DNA of 64,000 bases, from the NCBI GenBank assembly GCA_002471575.1, contig DKQG01000044.1, positions 37,525-101,524 on the forward strand, in the 5' to 3' direction. This stretch comes from Alphaproteobacteria bacterium UBA7314 (GTDB lineage Bacteria; Pseudomonadota; Alphaproteobacteria; MPNO01; UBA830). The notes below the pieces were generated by a model. The model saw only the letters and a list, made by a program, of their open reading frames with translations, was not told the DNA's origin and searched no databases. A program made the position numbers and the translations under genes. Within the stretch, counting starts at the first letter, position 1. Each line of letters begins with the position of its first letter. This document shows, piece by piece, positions 20,038-30,869 of the stretch.

Positions 20038-21008
20038 CAGGTATTGCGCACCGACGGATGAAACAGTTCATCCACCCGTAGCGGCGCATCGATTAGACCC
20101 TGATCCAGCGCATAGCCGATGAACCGTGTCAGGTTTGCTGCGTTTGCAGAAACTCCGCTGGTCCATAGTGATTTGCCAAAGGCGGCTGTTTCTTCTTCGG
20201 CCGCATATTTCGCCCAGGGCAGCTGGGTTCAGTTCGGATCGGCTAGAGAGGTTCCTGCGATCCGTTCGGCGTTGGCGAAAACGCTCATAAGGTCCGTTGC
20301 CAGCGTCGGGTACGTTTCCATTGTATCGCTCTTAACGGCGATAAGATGCATGATCGGCCAGTAACCGTTTTGGGCAACAAAATCGGTCTCGACCGCCTTA
20401 GGGTCGTCGAACAGCCGCCGAAATTCTCCAGTCCTGTCGGTGGGAACTTCCGGCAACCTAGAATAAAACAGGGCATCGATTTCGCCGCTGCACAACATTT
20501 CAGGCAGTTTTTGCCCGGGCAGAATTGGAGCGATATCGAAATCGGGGTTATTGTCGATCTCAACCGTATCGGCGCTGCCGACACGCCATTTTATATCTTT
20601 CAGCCACACGCCGTATTCGCTGGCCAGATCGCCCTTTGCCAAAACCGCCAGCGTGGTCTGGAACGACTGCAGTCCGACAGTTCGCCCGGCCAGATCCGCC
20701 GGCGTTTCTATACCTGAACGGGCGTGGACGAATATCTGTCCCTAACTGAACAGACGACGTGGAAAAACCGGGATTGCGGTAAAAGGCCGGCCGCAGGATC
20801 TGGCAACGACATATGATGCGAGCGACGTTTCCGCCGCGTCGAATTCGCCATCGCGGAGCATACGTTCGTGGCGGTGAGCACCGTCTCGTAGAGCCCCGTG
20901 TTGTCCTACCTGATAGACCCTCAGATTTTGCAGCGCAGCCGGCAGCAGGACGGTTCCGTCAAAAAACGGTAAATGCCGGTCGTATCGGTCGAGTGCGAGA
21001 CTAATCAT
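20038..21008 (-). pseudogene. NMT1/THI5-like 4,5-dihydroxyphthalate-decarboxylase-like gene disrupted by one frameshift and one in-frame TGA
   Basis: The N-terminal fragment (MISLALDRYDRHLPFFDGTV...VFPRRLFS*) continues after a frame change near 20742 as GQIFVHARSGIETPADLAGRTVGLQSF.... It then hits TGA at 20229 (..ADPN*TQLPWAKYAAEE..) and reads on in the same frame to 20038. Confidence 0.6.
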
Positions 21009-24000
21009 TGGGTCGGTGGGCTTTCCTTGCCTTGGATTTTCCGCTCACCTTCTTCTTCTTGGGCTGGTGTCTGGCCTTCGTTAAGCCCTTTGCTACCATC
21101 CAGTAGGTTGCGCAGAAAGCCCGGTGCAAGCGCTGACAACGGGTTGACAGACATCACCGGTTTTTCGATCGGACCGGATACTTTGTATGACACCGCAAAA
21201 ATTCCACCGCCTTTTTCGCCGCTGAAAATCGGGCCGACGACCGGGATCTTTCCCAGAAGACTGTTGATGGTATACGCGGGCACGATGGTACCGTTGAGAT
21301 CGATCGCGTCCTTCGCAAAATTGACTTCACCGGATGCCGTAATGCCCAGTTCTGACCCCACCCCTTGGGCGTCTTTAATGGTCGCCGTATCGCTTTCGAA
21401 TACGAAGGGAAAACGCACACGCCTGAATTTGATTCCCTTACCGGTGGCTAGGTTGCTGATGCCTGTCAGAGAAGCGATGGTGAGGAGCCGCGCCAAGTTG
21501 GGCGCATTGGCCACCCGGAACCTTTTTATCTCGGCAGTGCCGGTCCAGGGCGCGTTGGGGCCGCCCTTGCGGGTGCCCGCTAGTTCGATGGTCCCGCCCA
21601 CGATGGTGTCCGTAATATCCGTTGCCTTGAGGAAAACGCCTGCATCTGCGGAATATAGCGCCATCGCGTGTCCGTCTGCGTTGGGCAGCATTCGAATTTC
21701 AATCGCCTTGCCGCCATTGGGAAGCGTGCCTGCCACATCGATATGCTGCCAGTGGGCGCCGTCATAGCGGAGTTTCATCTTGACGTCGTTTGCCAATGTG
21801 CCCGGTCCGATCCAGAGCTTTTCGAACGCGCCGGTCAGCCGAAGCGGTGGAAACCCAGGGGCATCGACGCCCTGAAGACTCTTCCCGACGAAGGGTGTAG
21901 CATCGAACCCGCGGCCCCTTGCCGAAATGGAATACTCGCCGTTTTTCTCTCGCTGCACGTTGGCGGCGAACTCCGTCGACCCCAACTTGAATTTTTTGAG
22001 TTGCAGGTTGGCTATTGACGGATCCGCATCGCCTTCCGGCGTATTAAACATGATTTTTCCCGATGCCGAAAACACCTCGGCCTCGATCCTAAATTGATTG
22101 ATTTTCGTAATGACGCCGTCTTCAAAGGTTGCCGAAATCTGCGCCATGCCCGGACGCCCTGGCAGCTTGATCCAGTTGAACCCGGGAACCGAGAACTTTG
22201 CTTCTTGAATATTCAGTCCTGCAGACAGCGATGCGGTTTTGTCGCGGCGGTCCTGATAGGTAAGCTTCAATGGCACCGGTCCATCGAGAACATCCGGGTA
22301 ATTCAGGTCGAACACGGCCGCCAGGTCGGCATCAGCAGTCAACACGGCCTCTAGCCGGCGCTTAACTTCCTGCGTTCCCGAAAAGTCCTCAGCCCACTTA
22401 AAATCGGTTGGCGTTCCAGCGTAATCGGCTTTCCCCGATGCTGTAAGGGCTTTGTTGGTGACAGACAGCGTAACACGCCCGTTTTCGATTCCCTTACCCT
22501 TGAGGACATCGGTTATCGCCAGGCCGACGATGTTGGAGGTGGCGGATACCCGCACCTCGCCCGCTTTCAGATCGTTCAGCAGCGGAAAACTGATCTGAAG
22601 ACGGGTTGCATGGGTTCCGGCAACGCCTTCGGCCGTCAAACCAATTCGCTCGAGGAGTTCGAGACGGGGATGCGCGACCAATTCGAGTGCCGGTTTGACC
22701 GGACCCCGGATAAGGGCGGACACGTCCAGAAGTGCCCGGGGCGAACCCATATTGGTGATGTTTACCGCGCCTTCCTCGATGGCGAGATCGCCGACAAGTC
22801 CCTCTTGAATGAGGAAATCGAAACGCTTGTTGCTGAAAGTGGCTGTTGCGCGGGCGTCGGTGATCGGCGGCATCGGCGCAAGGTAGTCGATTGTCACGTC
22901 GTCAAGAGCGAACCGCCCGTTTAAGGAATCGAGATTTACATCCCCCTTATCCGTGCCCTCAATGGCGATGCGGGCCGTGAGGCTCGCCGACGCATTCGTA
23001 ATCGTGCCGTCACGGATATTGGTAACAACCCAGTCACGAGCGCCACCACCGGTTCCGGGTAACCAGAATTTTTGAACCGCTTCGACCGGTAGCTTGGGTG
23101 CCTGAAGCGTCGCCTTGAGCGTGGCGATGTCTCCTACTCGCGTAACGACGCCCTTCAATTCTGATGTTGCTTCATCCAGGTTGATGACAAGCTTAGAAAT
23201 CTGGATTTGATCGGGGGACCTGTCCAGTCGGCCATCCAGCGCAAGTTTTTTGAATGCGATAGGCTGGGCGTCGATATTCGGAATTTTGACGGACCCGGGA
23301 CCCGCTTCGACTTCAAAGCTGGCCTGCTTAACGTCGCCATCTGACCCGACCCGGACATCGATATCTCCTGACATGACAGTCTGTAACGGTGTCAGTGCGT
23401 CAAGCGCCTCGAAGGATTGACCCAGCTTTTCGGGGGCCAGATTTCGGAAGCTGGCAGAAATATCGACGGTTTTTTTGGTTCTGTCGTAATGGGCCTCGCC
23501 GTTGAACTCGGGCTGGGATGTCTTGAGGTCCGTCGTCAAGTCGAAAGTCGTTCGCAGTCCCATCTGTGTACGTTCCGCCGTGAGATCGGCGTTTTTGGCG
23601 ACCCAAGTAATACCGAGTTTGCGATCTTCCACTCGCAGCGACGCACCGATTACGCTGACCCTTTTGAGGCGACCTAAGCGACCTCTCTCATCGGACGGCC
23701 CAGACAGTTTGTCTAGCTGCTGCGTCAGCAGTCCGCTTTCCGTCTCTTCCGCTGCGCTGTCGGGCTCTCCCATACCGAAGCGGAACGAGCCGTCTTCGGT
23801 TCTGGACAGGCGAATAAGCGGGCGGATGACCTCAAAACTCGTTGGAGCAATCTTCCCGCGGATAAGGGCACCAACGCTTAGCGTTACCGATACCTCGCGG
23901 ATGTGGGCCAGTTGCCGCTCGCTTTCCGTCGCATACAACCTCACGCGAAGTGCCCGCAAATCCAGCGCTCGTTCCCAGCCGGCCCAGGTCAAAATTAGGT

Positions 24001-24202
24001 CGTCGAGATCCGCCTGCACCGGACTGTCGGCGCGGCGAAGGATGTCGTCCGCATAGGGAAGCAGGAATTTTATCGAAACCGGGCCCTGCGAAAGCCGCCA
24101 CGCCGAGACTGCGCCCAAGAGTCCGAGCACGACGGCAATTCCGAGAACGACTTCTAGGCAGATGATGGATGTTTTGCGAACCATACGCACAGAATAACGC
24201 AA
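21005..24202 (-). CDS. YhdP/AsmA-like large membrane-anchored protein (DUF3971 / AsmA_2 C-terminal region)
   Basis: 1065 aa with an N-terminal TM helix, a long beta-rich body and a C-terminal ...VSYKVSGPIEKPVMSVNPLSALAPGFLRNL motif typical of YhdP/TamB-like proteins. Confidence 0.7.
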   Translation of the reverse strand: MRYSVRMVRKTSIICLEVVLGIAVVLGLLGAVSAWRLSQGPVSIKFLLPYADDILRRADSPVQADLDDLILTWAGWERALDLRALRVRLYATESERQLAHIREVSVTLSVGALIRGKIAPTSFEVIRPLIRLSRTEDGSFRFGMGEPDSAAEETESGLLTQQLDKLSGPSDERGRLGRLKRVSVIGASLRVEDRKLGITWVAKNADLTAERTQMGLRTTFDLTTDLKTSQPEFNGEAHYDRTKKTVDISASFRNLAPEKLGQSFEALDALTPLQTVMSGDIDVRVGSDGDVKQASFEVEAGPGSVKIPNIDAQPIAFKKLALDGRLDRSPDQIQISKLVINLDEATSELKGVVTRVGDIATLKATLQAPKLPVEAVQKFWLPGTGGGARDWVVTNIRDGTITNASASLTARIAIEGTDKGDVNLDSLNGRFALDDVTIDYLAPMPPITDARATATFSNKRFDFLIQEGLVGDLAIEEGAVNITNMGSPRALLDVSALIRGPVKPALELVAHPRLELLERIGLTAEGVAGTHATRLQISFPLLNDLKAGEVRVSATSNIVGLAITDVLKGKGIENGRVTLSVTNKALTASGKADYAGTPTDFKWAEDFSGTQEVKRRLEAVLTADADLAAVFDLNYPDVLDGPVPLKLTYQDRRDKTASLSAGLNIQEAKFSVPGFNWIKLPGRPGMAQISATFEDGVITKINQFRIEAEVFSASGKIMFNTPEGDADPSIANLQLKKFKLGSTEFAANVQREKNGEYSISARGRGFDATPFVGKSLQGVDAPGFPPLRLTGAFEKLWIGPGTLANDVKMKLRYDGAHWQHIDVAGTLPNGGKAIEIRMLPNADGHAMALYSADAGVFLKATDITDTIVGGTIELAGTRKGGPNAPWTGTAEIKRFRVANAPNLARLLTIASLTGISNLATGKGIKFRRVRFPFVFESDTATIKDAQGVGSELGITASGEVNFAKDAIDLNGTIVPAYTINSLLGKIPVVGPIFSGEKGGGIFAVSYKVSGPIEKPVMSVNPLSALAPGFLRNLLDGSKGLNEGQTPAQEEEGERKIQGKESPPTQ

Positions 24203-24275
24203 TCCGAACTAATCTTGACCTAGAAAGGCCATGTCCGCAGTGTGCGGGAATCCTGCCTGATTTGGAACGGGGCAA

Positions 24276-27236
24276 TTGACAAAATTCTTTGAAAACTGGG
24301 CGTCCGTGGTGGAGAAACTGCCGCATGCGGCGAACACGGACCTGAGGGCCATTCATTTCGAGCGCTGGACCGAAGCGGCGGGCAGGACCGGCGACGATGC
24401 GATCGCCGATTTTGCGGCGGCGGCTATACAGGATCCAGCGACTGCCCGGGTGCTGTCTTCGGTCTTCGGGAACAGTCCCTTTCTCAGCCAATGCCTGATC
24501 TCCGACCTGGTATTCGCGCGAGAGCTTCTGTTGCGGGGGCCGGACGAAGCGTATTCCGAAGCATTTGACGCCGCTGCCGATCGCGCGTCGCTCGGTGACG
24601 AGAACGAGGATCAAGTGAAGCTTCGGTTGAGAATCGCGAAGCGTCGGGCGGCGCTGGCAATCGGGCTTGCGGACATCTCGGAGAGCTGGACGCTCGAACG
24701 GATTACCAGCGCGTTATCGGATTTCGCATCCGCGGCGCTTGGTGCAAGCTGCCGGTTCTTGTTGCGCCAGATGCACGACAGGGGCGACCTGGCCTTACAT
24801 AACCCCGAGGATCCCGAAAATGACAGCGGTCTGATCGTTCTCGGAATGGGAAAGCTGGGGGCGCGGGAACTGAACTATTCCAGCGATATCGATCTTATTC
24901 TTCTCTATGACCAGGACATGGTACCGCATACTGGAAAGAATGGATTGCAGCATCTGTTTACTCGGTTTTCCCGCAACCTCGTCTCGCTGATGGATGAACG
25001 GACAAAGGACGGCTACGTGTTTCGGACCGATCTCCGCCTGCGACCCGACCCCGGGGCCACGCCCCCCGCGATTTCCGTGCTAGCCGCCGAAATGTATTAC
25101 GAAAGCACCGGCCAGAACTGGGAACGGGCGGCGATGATCAAAGCGCGCCCGGTGGCCGGAGATGAGAAGGCGGGGCTGGCATTTCTCGATATTCTGCGGC
25201 CCTTCATGTGGCGCCGGTCCCTGGACTTCGCAGCGATCCAAGACATCCAGTCTATAAAACGGCAGATCAATGCTTATCGCGGCGGCGCGAAGATTGCCGT
25301 GGCGGGGCACAATATCAAGCTCGGGCGGGGTGGTATCCGGGAAATCGAGTTCTACGCGCAGACACAACAGCTGATTTGGGGCGGGCGTGATCCGGAACTG
25401 CGGGTACGGGGAACTTTATCGGCGATCGAGCGGCTGGACGCCGCCGGACATGTCGACGGCGCGGCGTTTTCGGATCTGAAGCAGGCCTATAATTTCCATC
25501 GCCGCGTCGAACACCGCCTCCAGATGATTGACGACCGCCAGACCCATGAATTGCCGGAAAACGAAGAAGACCTGGAACGGATATCCGTTTTTCTGGGATA
25601 TAGCAGCGTCGCCGATTTCACCGAAGAATTGCTCCGGCATCTGAAATGCGTCGAGTACCACTACGCGGCGTTGTTTGAGGGTGAGACAAACCTGGGCGGG
25701 CCAGGCAACCTCGTATTCACCGGCGCTGACGACGACCCTGACACGCTCAAGACGCTGACCGAGATGGGCTTCTCCGAACCGGCGACAGTTTCCAACACGG
25801 TGCGGACTTGGCACGCAGGACGTTACCGCGCGGTACGCAGCACCCGTGCCCGCCAATTGCTGACCGAACTTGTCCCGACTATGTTGGACGCCTTTTCCGC
25901 ATCCCCTAATCCGGATCTGGCGTTGCGGCGGTTCAACGAGTTTCTCGAGGGCCTGCCCGCCGGCGTACAGCTTTTTTCGCTGTTCAACGCGCATCCGGGT
26001 TTGTTCGACCTGGTGGCCGAGATCATGGGTGCCGCGCCGCGTCTTGCCGGGTGGCTCAGCCGGCATCCGATCCTGCTAGACGGTGTGTTGAGCCGCGATT
26101 TTTTTGATTTCGTGCCTGGACGCCACGACATGACGGCGGAACTCGCCGAGGCAACGGGGCAGGCGCGGGATTTCCAGGATTTTCTCGATATACAGCGGCG
26201 CTGGGCAAATGACGGCATCTTTCAGGTCGGTGCCCATATGCTGCGGGGACGGCTTGAGCCGGTCGATGCATCAGGCCCCTTGTCCGATATCGCGGATACG
26301 TGCCTTACGTCGCTGCTGCCCGAGATTAAAAGGGAGTTCGCCGACACGCATGGACACGTGCCGGGCGGAGAGATGGCCGTGATCGCATTCGGCAAGCTTG
26401 GTAGCCGCGAGATGATGCCAGGATCGGATCTGGACCTGTTGTTCGTTTATGACTCCCCGTCCAACACTGAGCAGTCCGATGGCAGGCGCCCCTTGCCGCC
26501 GGGACAGTATTACAGTCGGCTGTGCCAGCGTTTTATCGGCGCGATTACAGCGCCGACCGCTGAAGGCAGGCTGTATGAGGTCGATATGCGGTTGCGTCCC
26601 GCCGGGAATGCCGGGCCTATCGCATCGTCGCTGGAAGCGTTCACCAGGTATCAGAAAACCGATGCCTGGACCTGGGAACACCAGGCGTTGACCCGCGCCC
26701 GTGTGGTGTGCGCCGAGGGTGATTTGGGAGAAAACCTCGAAGCCGCAGTGCGGTCAGTATTGACGGCACGCCGAGATGCCAGTGACCTTGCCAGCGACGT
26801 CGCGGAGATGCGGGAACGGATACGCAGAGAACACGGCGTTGATGACATCTGGTCCGTTAAACATATTCCGGGAGGGATAGTCGATATCGAGTTCCTCGCT
26901 CAGTACCTGCAGCTCAAATATGCAGCCGAAACGCCTGAAATCTTGGCGGGGGATACAGCTACAGCGTTTGCCGTCGCCGGAGAAAAAGGCCTGATCGAAA
27001 CGGACGTCGCATCCGAACTAGTAAATGCCACGATCCTTTGGCGGAACCTTCAGGGCATTCTGCGGCTGACGGTAGAGGGCGGATTTTCGGAGGACGGCGC
27101 AGCCGTGGCGTTGAAACGGGTGATCACGCGGGCCTGCGGGGCGGTTGACTTCGAAACGCTCAAGCAAACAATAGAGACGACCGCGGCGAAGAGCGCTGCG
27201 CTTTGCCAAGCGTTTTTCGGTATACCGAAAAACTGA
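24276..27236 (+). CDS. glnE: bifunctional glutamine synthetase adenylyltransferase/adenylyl-removing enzyme
   Basis: 986 aa with two nucleotidyltransferase domains (GMGKLGARELNYSSDIDL and AFGKLGSREMMPGSDLDL). Confidence 0.9.
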   Translation: MTKFFENWASVVEKLPHAANTDLRAIHFERWTEAAGRTGDDAIADFAAAAIQDPATARVLSSVFGNSPFLSQCLISDLVFARELLLRGPDEAYSEAFDAAADRASLGDENEDQVKLRLRIAKRRAALAIGLADISESWTLERITSALSDFASAALGASCRFLLRQMHDRGDLALHNPEDPENDSGLIVLGMGKLGARELNYSSDIDLILLYDQDMVPHTGKNGLQHLFTRFSRNLVSLMDERTKDGYVFRTDLRLRPDPGATPPAISVLAAEMYYESTGQNWERAAMIKARPVAGDEKAGLAFLDILRPFMWRRSLDFAAIQDIQSIKRQINAYRGGAKIAVAGHNIKLGRGGIREIEFYAQTQQLIWGGRDPELRVRGTLSAIERLDAAGHVDGAAFSDLKQAYNFHRRVEHRLQMIDDRQTHELPENEEDLERISVFLGYSSVADFTEELLRHLKCVEYHYAALFEGETNLGGPGNLVFTGADDDPDTLKTLTEMGFSEPATVSNTVRTWHAGRYRAVRSTRARQLLTELVPTMLDAFSASPNPDLALRRFNEFLEGLPAGVQLFSLFNAHPGLFDLVAEIMGAAPRLAGWLSRHPILLDGVLSRDFFDFVPGRHDMTAELAEATGQARDFQDFLDIQRRWANDGIFQVGAHMLRGRLEPVDASGPLSDIADTCLTSLLPEIKREFADTHGHVPGGEMAVIAFGKLGSREMMPGSDLDLLFVYDSPSNTEQSDGRRPLPPGQYYSRLCQRFIGAITAPTAEGRLYEVDMRLRPAGNAGPIASSLEAFTRYQKTDAWTWEHQALTRARVVCAEGDLGENLEAAVRSVLTARRDASDLASDVAEMRERIRREHGVDDIWSVKHIPGGIVDIEFLAQYLQLKYAAETPEILAGDTATAFAVAGEKGLIETDVASELVNATILWRNLQGILRLTVEGGFSEDGAAVALKRVITRACGAVDFETLKQTIETTAAKSAALCQAFFGIPKN

Positions 27237-27261
27237 AACCGGACAACGACAGGGAGCATAC

Positions 27262-27945
27262 ATGCCGTCTACGGACATCAGCTACACGACACGCGACAAT
27301 GAGACCTTCACCGGCTACCTAGCCGAACCGCATGGAGACGGCAAGGTGCCCGGCATCCTGCTGATCACCGCGATTTTCGGTATCGACGATGAAATGAAAG
27401 AACTTGCCAATGCCTGGGCGGCAGATGGGTTTATCGTTTCCGTGCCCGATATCTTCTGGCGTGTCATGCCGGGCCCCACGGCGGACATAGAAAAGGCGTT
27501 CGACCGCTACAATGCGTTCGACGCGGAGCAGGGCTACAAGGATGTGGAAGATCTGATGGAAAATTTGCGCTCTCATCCGCGCTGTAACGGCAAGGCCGGC
27601 GTGCTGGGCTTCTGTTTCGGGGGGCGCTACGCGCAGTATGCCGTGGCCCGACTGGGCGCGGATGCCGCAGGCGCTTTTCATGGTACGCTGATCGACCAGG
27701 AGCTTAACCCGATGCCGCCGGCCGATTGTCCGGTCAGCTTCCATTTCGGGGTGGACGATCCGGTAGTGCCTATGGCTGTGGTGGATCAGATCAAATCGGC
27801 CTATGCGAACCACCCCAATGCCGAGATTGTCGCCCATAATGGCTCTGGCCACAATTTCTCCATGCCCCACAAGGACGGCTATCACGCCGGCGTGGCCGCC
27901 ACGGCGCGCCAGGCGGTTCTCGACACTTTCAACCGAATGAAATGA
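27262..27945 (+). CDS. dienelactone hydrolase-family protein
   Basis: 227 aa alpha/beta hydrolase with a DLH-like N-terminus (...YLAEPHGDGKVPGILLI...). Confidence 0.75.
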   Translation: MPSTDISYTTRDNETFTGYLAEPHGDGKVPGILLITAIFGIDDEMKELANAWAADGFIVSVPDIFWRVMPGPTADIEKAFDRYNAFDAEQGYKDVEDLMENLRSHPRCNGKAGVLGFCFGGRYAQYAVARLGADAAGAFHGTLIDQELNPMPPADCPVSFHFGVDDPVVPMAVVDQIKSAYANHPNAEIVAHNGSGHNFSMPHKDGYHAGVAATARQAVLDTFNRMK

Positions 27946-28409
27946 AAATGCTCAAAGCGGGAAAAAAGGCACCGGCCTTTAACGCCGTGACCGACGGCGA
28001 CGGAAAAATAGCTCTCAAGGATCTCAAGGGCAGGAACGTGGTTCTGTATTTCTATCCGAAGGACATGACCCCGGGCTGCACTACTGAAGCGGAGGGTTTT
28101 CGAGACGCGATCAAGAATTTCGAGAAGGCGAATACCGTCGTGATCGGGGTCTCGAAGGACAGTGTGAAGCGTCATGATAACTTCAAGTCCAAGCACGGCC
28201 TGCCATTCACCCTGATCAGCGATGAGGATGGCAAGATCTGCGAAGCCTATGGCGTGTGGCAGACAAAAAAGAACTACGGGCGCGAATACATGGGCATTGT
28301 CCGGTCTACGTTCCTGATCGACGATAAAGGCAAGATCGCCAAAATTTGGTCCAACCTGCGGGTCAAGGGCCACGTCGACACGGTACTGGAGGCCGCGCAG
28401 TCGCTGTGA
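27942..28409 (+). CDS. bcp: thioredoxin-dependent thiol peroxidase (peroxiredoxin Q/Bcp)
   Basis: Carries FYPKDMTPGCTTE. Its ATGA start overlaps the upstream stop. Confidence 0.85.
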   Translation: MKMLKAGKKAPAFNAVTDGDGKIALKDLKGRNVVLYFYPKDMTPGCTTEAEGFRDAIKNFEKANTVVIGVSKDSVKRHDNFKSKHGLPFTLISDEDGKICEAYGVWQTKKNYGREYMGIVRSTFLIDDKGKIAKIWSNLRVKGHVDTVLEAAQSL

Positions 28410-28419
28410 CGGTTAAGGG

Positions 28420-29205
28420 GTGACACAGACACTGTCGGACCGCGTTGTTGGGGTTCTCGGAACCGGCGAAGCGGTAGGCAAGGCGCAGGCCGCGCGGGCG
28501 GTGGTTGCCGACTGGCGATCGGGGATCATTCCTGAGATCGGCCGTGCCATGCCGCGCGACCGGCCAAAGCGCCCAATGAAGCCCGACCTACTTTTGCCGC
28601 GCGACATGCCGCGGCGCGGCAAGGCGCAGACGCTGGCGGGGCGTATCGCACTGCTGCACGCCATCGCGCATATCGAACTCAATGCCGTCGATCTGGCGGC
28701 CGATATCCTCGTCCGGTTTCCGGACGCAGATGCGCCTTTGGAATTCTACAACGATTGGCTGGGAGTACTGGACGATGAAGCAAAACACTTCTTTTTGATG
28801 TCGGATCGTCTGACAGCTCTCGGTACCGCTTATGGCGACCTGCCGGCGCATGACGGGTTGTGGCAGGCGGCACAGGACACGGCGGACGATCTACTCGCCC
28901 GCCTCGCAGTTGTGCCGCTGGTGCTGGAAGCCCGCGGCCTTGACGTCACGCCGCAGATGATTAGCAGCCTCGATGAGGTGGGCGACCCAGATTCTGTCGC
29001 CGCTCTAGAGGTGATTTACAAGGACGAGATCGGCCATGTGGCCGTCGGGCGCAAATGGTTCGAATATTTCTGCGACGACGTGCCGGAACACACCTGGCGG
29101 AGGCTGGTAAAGCAGTATTTCCACGGGGCGGTGAAACCGCCTTTCAATGATGCAGCCCGTGCGGAGGCGGGGTTCGGTGCAGCGTATTACTCGGAATTGA
29201 CCTAA
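28420..29205 (+). CDS. ferritin-like domain protein (DUF455-like)
   Basis: 261 aa with a helical ferritin-like pattern (E..H motifs) and no clearer family match by eye. Confidence 0.5.
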   Translation: MTQTLSDRVVGVLGTGEAVGKAQAARAVVADWRSGIIPEIGRAMPRDRPKRPMKPDLLLPRDMPRRGKAQTLAGRIALLHAIAHIELNAVDLAADILVRFPDADAPLEFYNDWLGVLDDEAKHFFLMSDRLTALGTAYGDLPAHDGLWQAAQDTADDLLARLAVVPLVLEARGLDVTPQMISSLDEVGDPDSVAALEVIYKDEIGHVAVGRKWFEYFCDDVPEHTWRRLVKQYFHGAVKPPFNDAARAEAGFGAAYYSELT

Positions 29206-29912
29206 CCAAATTCTAGCAATAACTCCGCCAGCAGGTCCGGCGCGTCGATCATCGCGTCGTGGCCGGAAGAGATCGTGCGGACGTCCCAGTCGGGTTCATG
29301 GCTCAACTGGGTAGCAAATCGGTCGAAGCTGCTGTTGGGGTGGTGTTCAGCGAGCAGATACATTTTTCTCGGCACGGATTGCCATGCGCCAGTCAGGTAC
29401 ACCGGCTGAGAAAAGGTCCTAATCGGCTGCGGTACGCAGCGCCGTGTTACCCAGTCGGCATCATCAGGATCCATCACGCCGAAATAATCAGGCGGCATGG
29501 GATCGACTTTCCAGCCGTCACCTGTGGTAGCGACCTGTTCACGGATGTGCTGGGCGCGTTCGGGAGGCCATCCGTCCATGAGGGAGTGACCGTCCTGAGG
29601 CACGAAAGCATCGAGCCAGATCGCGGCGCAGAATTTATCGATTTGTCGGTCTAGCACCGGCGTGATGACCTGACCGCCATAGGAATGGCCGCAAACGACT
29701 AGGTCTCTCAGCTCTTCCATCTCGATCACGCCGAGCAGGTCGTTGATGTGACATTCCAGATCCGTCTCCGGCGTCGCCAGATGAGCACGGTCGCCCAGAC
29801 CGGTCAGGGTCGGCGTGTAAACGTCGTGACCCGCATCCCGGAGCAGTTTCGAAACGCGCACCCAGCACCAGCCCCCGTGCCATGCGCCGTGTACTAACAG
29901 ATAGGTCGCCAT
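29202..29912 (-). CDS. alpha/beta hydrolase (esterase)
   Basis: MATYLLVHGAWHGGW... and GHSYGG nucleophile elbow. Confidence 0.7.
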   Translation of the reverse strand: MATYLLVHGAWHGGWCWVRVSKLLRDAGHDVYTPTLTGLGDRAHLATPETDLECHINDLLGVIEMEELRDLVVCGHSYGGQVITPVLDRQIDKFCAAIWLDAFVPQDGHSLMDGWPPERAQHIREQVATTGDGWKVDPMPPDYFGVMDPDDADWVTRRCVPQPIRTFSQPVYLTGAWQSVPRKMYLLAEHHPNSSFDRFATQLSHEPDWDVRTISSGHDAMIDAPDLLAELLLEFG

Positions 29913-30051
29913 TTCCGCTTCCCTTCGCAAATATTCGACAATCATGTGCCAGTTCATCTAAGCGGGCCAGTCATTTGGTGCCGTCGTGGCGTCCGTCGCA
30001 GAATCCGGTATCGTTTCCCTGATTATCCGAGAAATCAATGGAGCGTCCAAC

Positions 30052-30828
30052 ATGTCTATATCAGCTGAAAATCATCCCTCAAGGGGTGTCGCTTTCATTA
30101 CTGGCGGTGGTGGCGGTATCGGCGTCGCAACAGCCGAACGCTTGGCGGCGAACGGTGTCCAGGTCGCCGTGGTCGATCACGATACCGCGTTGGCCGAAAC
30201 AGTTGCAGAGCGGATCGTATCGGCGGGCGGAACCGCGCTTCCGCTTACGCTCGATGTTACGGATTCGGCACAGGTTGCCGCGTCGGTCGCTGCGGCGGAA
30301 GCGGCATTGGGACCCGTCGATTATCTCGTCAACGCGGCGGGTATTTTTCAGTGGTCGAATGTAGAAGACATCTCCGACACCGATTTCGAGACCATGTTTC
30401 GGGTGCACGTGTTAGGCATGCATTCGGTTACTCGGACTCTACTGCCGGGGATGTTGAGCCGGGCGGCAGGCGCCATCGTCAACATCACGTCGATCCACGC
30501 CGTGCGCGGGCAATCGCTGACCGCGCATTATTCGGCGGCCAAGGGAGCGATTCTCGCCTATACGAAATCGCTCGCGCGGGAGAAATCGCCGCAGGGCATC
30601 CGCGTGAATGCGGTGGCGCCGGGGCCAATCGACACGCCGCTGTGGCGCGGCGACCTGGACGAATTCGAATTGGCCGACAAGATGGCGGAGCGATCTACCG
30701 TCATCCCCATGAATCGGCTCGGTACGGCCGACGAGGTGGCTGCCGGCATAGTCTTTCTGCTGTCGCCCGGTGCAAGCTATCTGACCGGACATATTATGAC
30801 CATCGATGGCGGCGAGGTGATGAACTAG
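30052..30828 (+). CDS. SDR-family oxidoreductase
   Basis: Has a TGGGGGIG Rossmann motif, a YSAAK catalytic motif and a PGPIDTP segment. Confidence 0.8.
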   Translation: MSISAENHPSRGVAFITGGGGGIGVATAERLAANGVQVAVVDHDTALAETVAERIVSAGGTALPLTLDVTDSAQVAASVAAAEAALGPVDYLVNAAGIFQWSNVEDISDTDFETMFRVHVLGMHSVTRTLLPGMLSRAAGAIVNITSIHAVRGQSLTAHYSAAKGAILAYTKSLAREKSPQGIRVNAVAPGPIDTPLWRGDLDEFELADKMAERSTVIPMNRLGTADEVAAGIVFLLSPGASYLTGHIMTIDGGEVMN

Positions 30829-30869
30829 TGGAGGGTGACGCGCTGGGCCCGCCATGATATGCCCGACGA

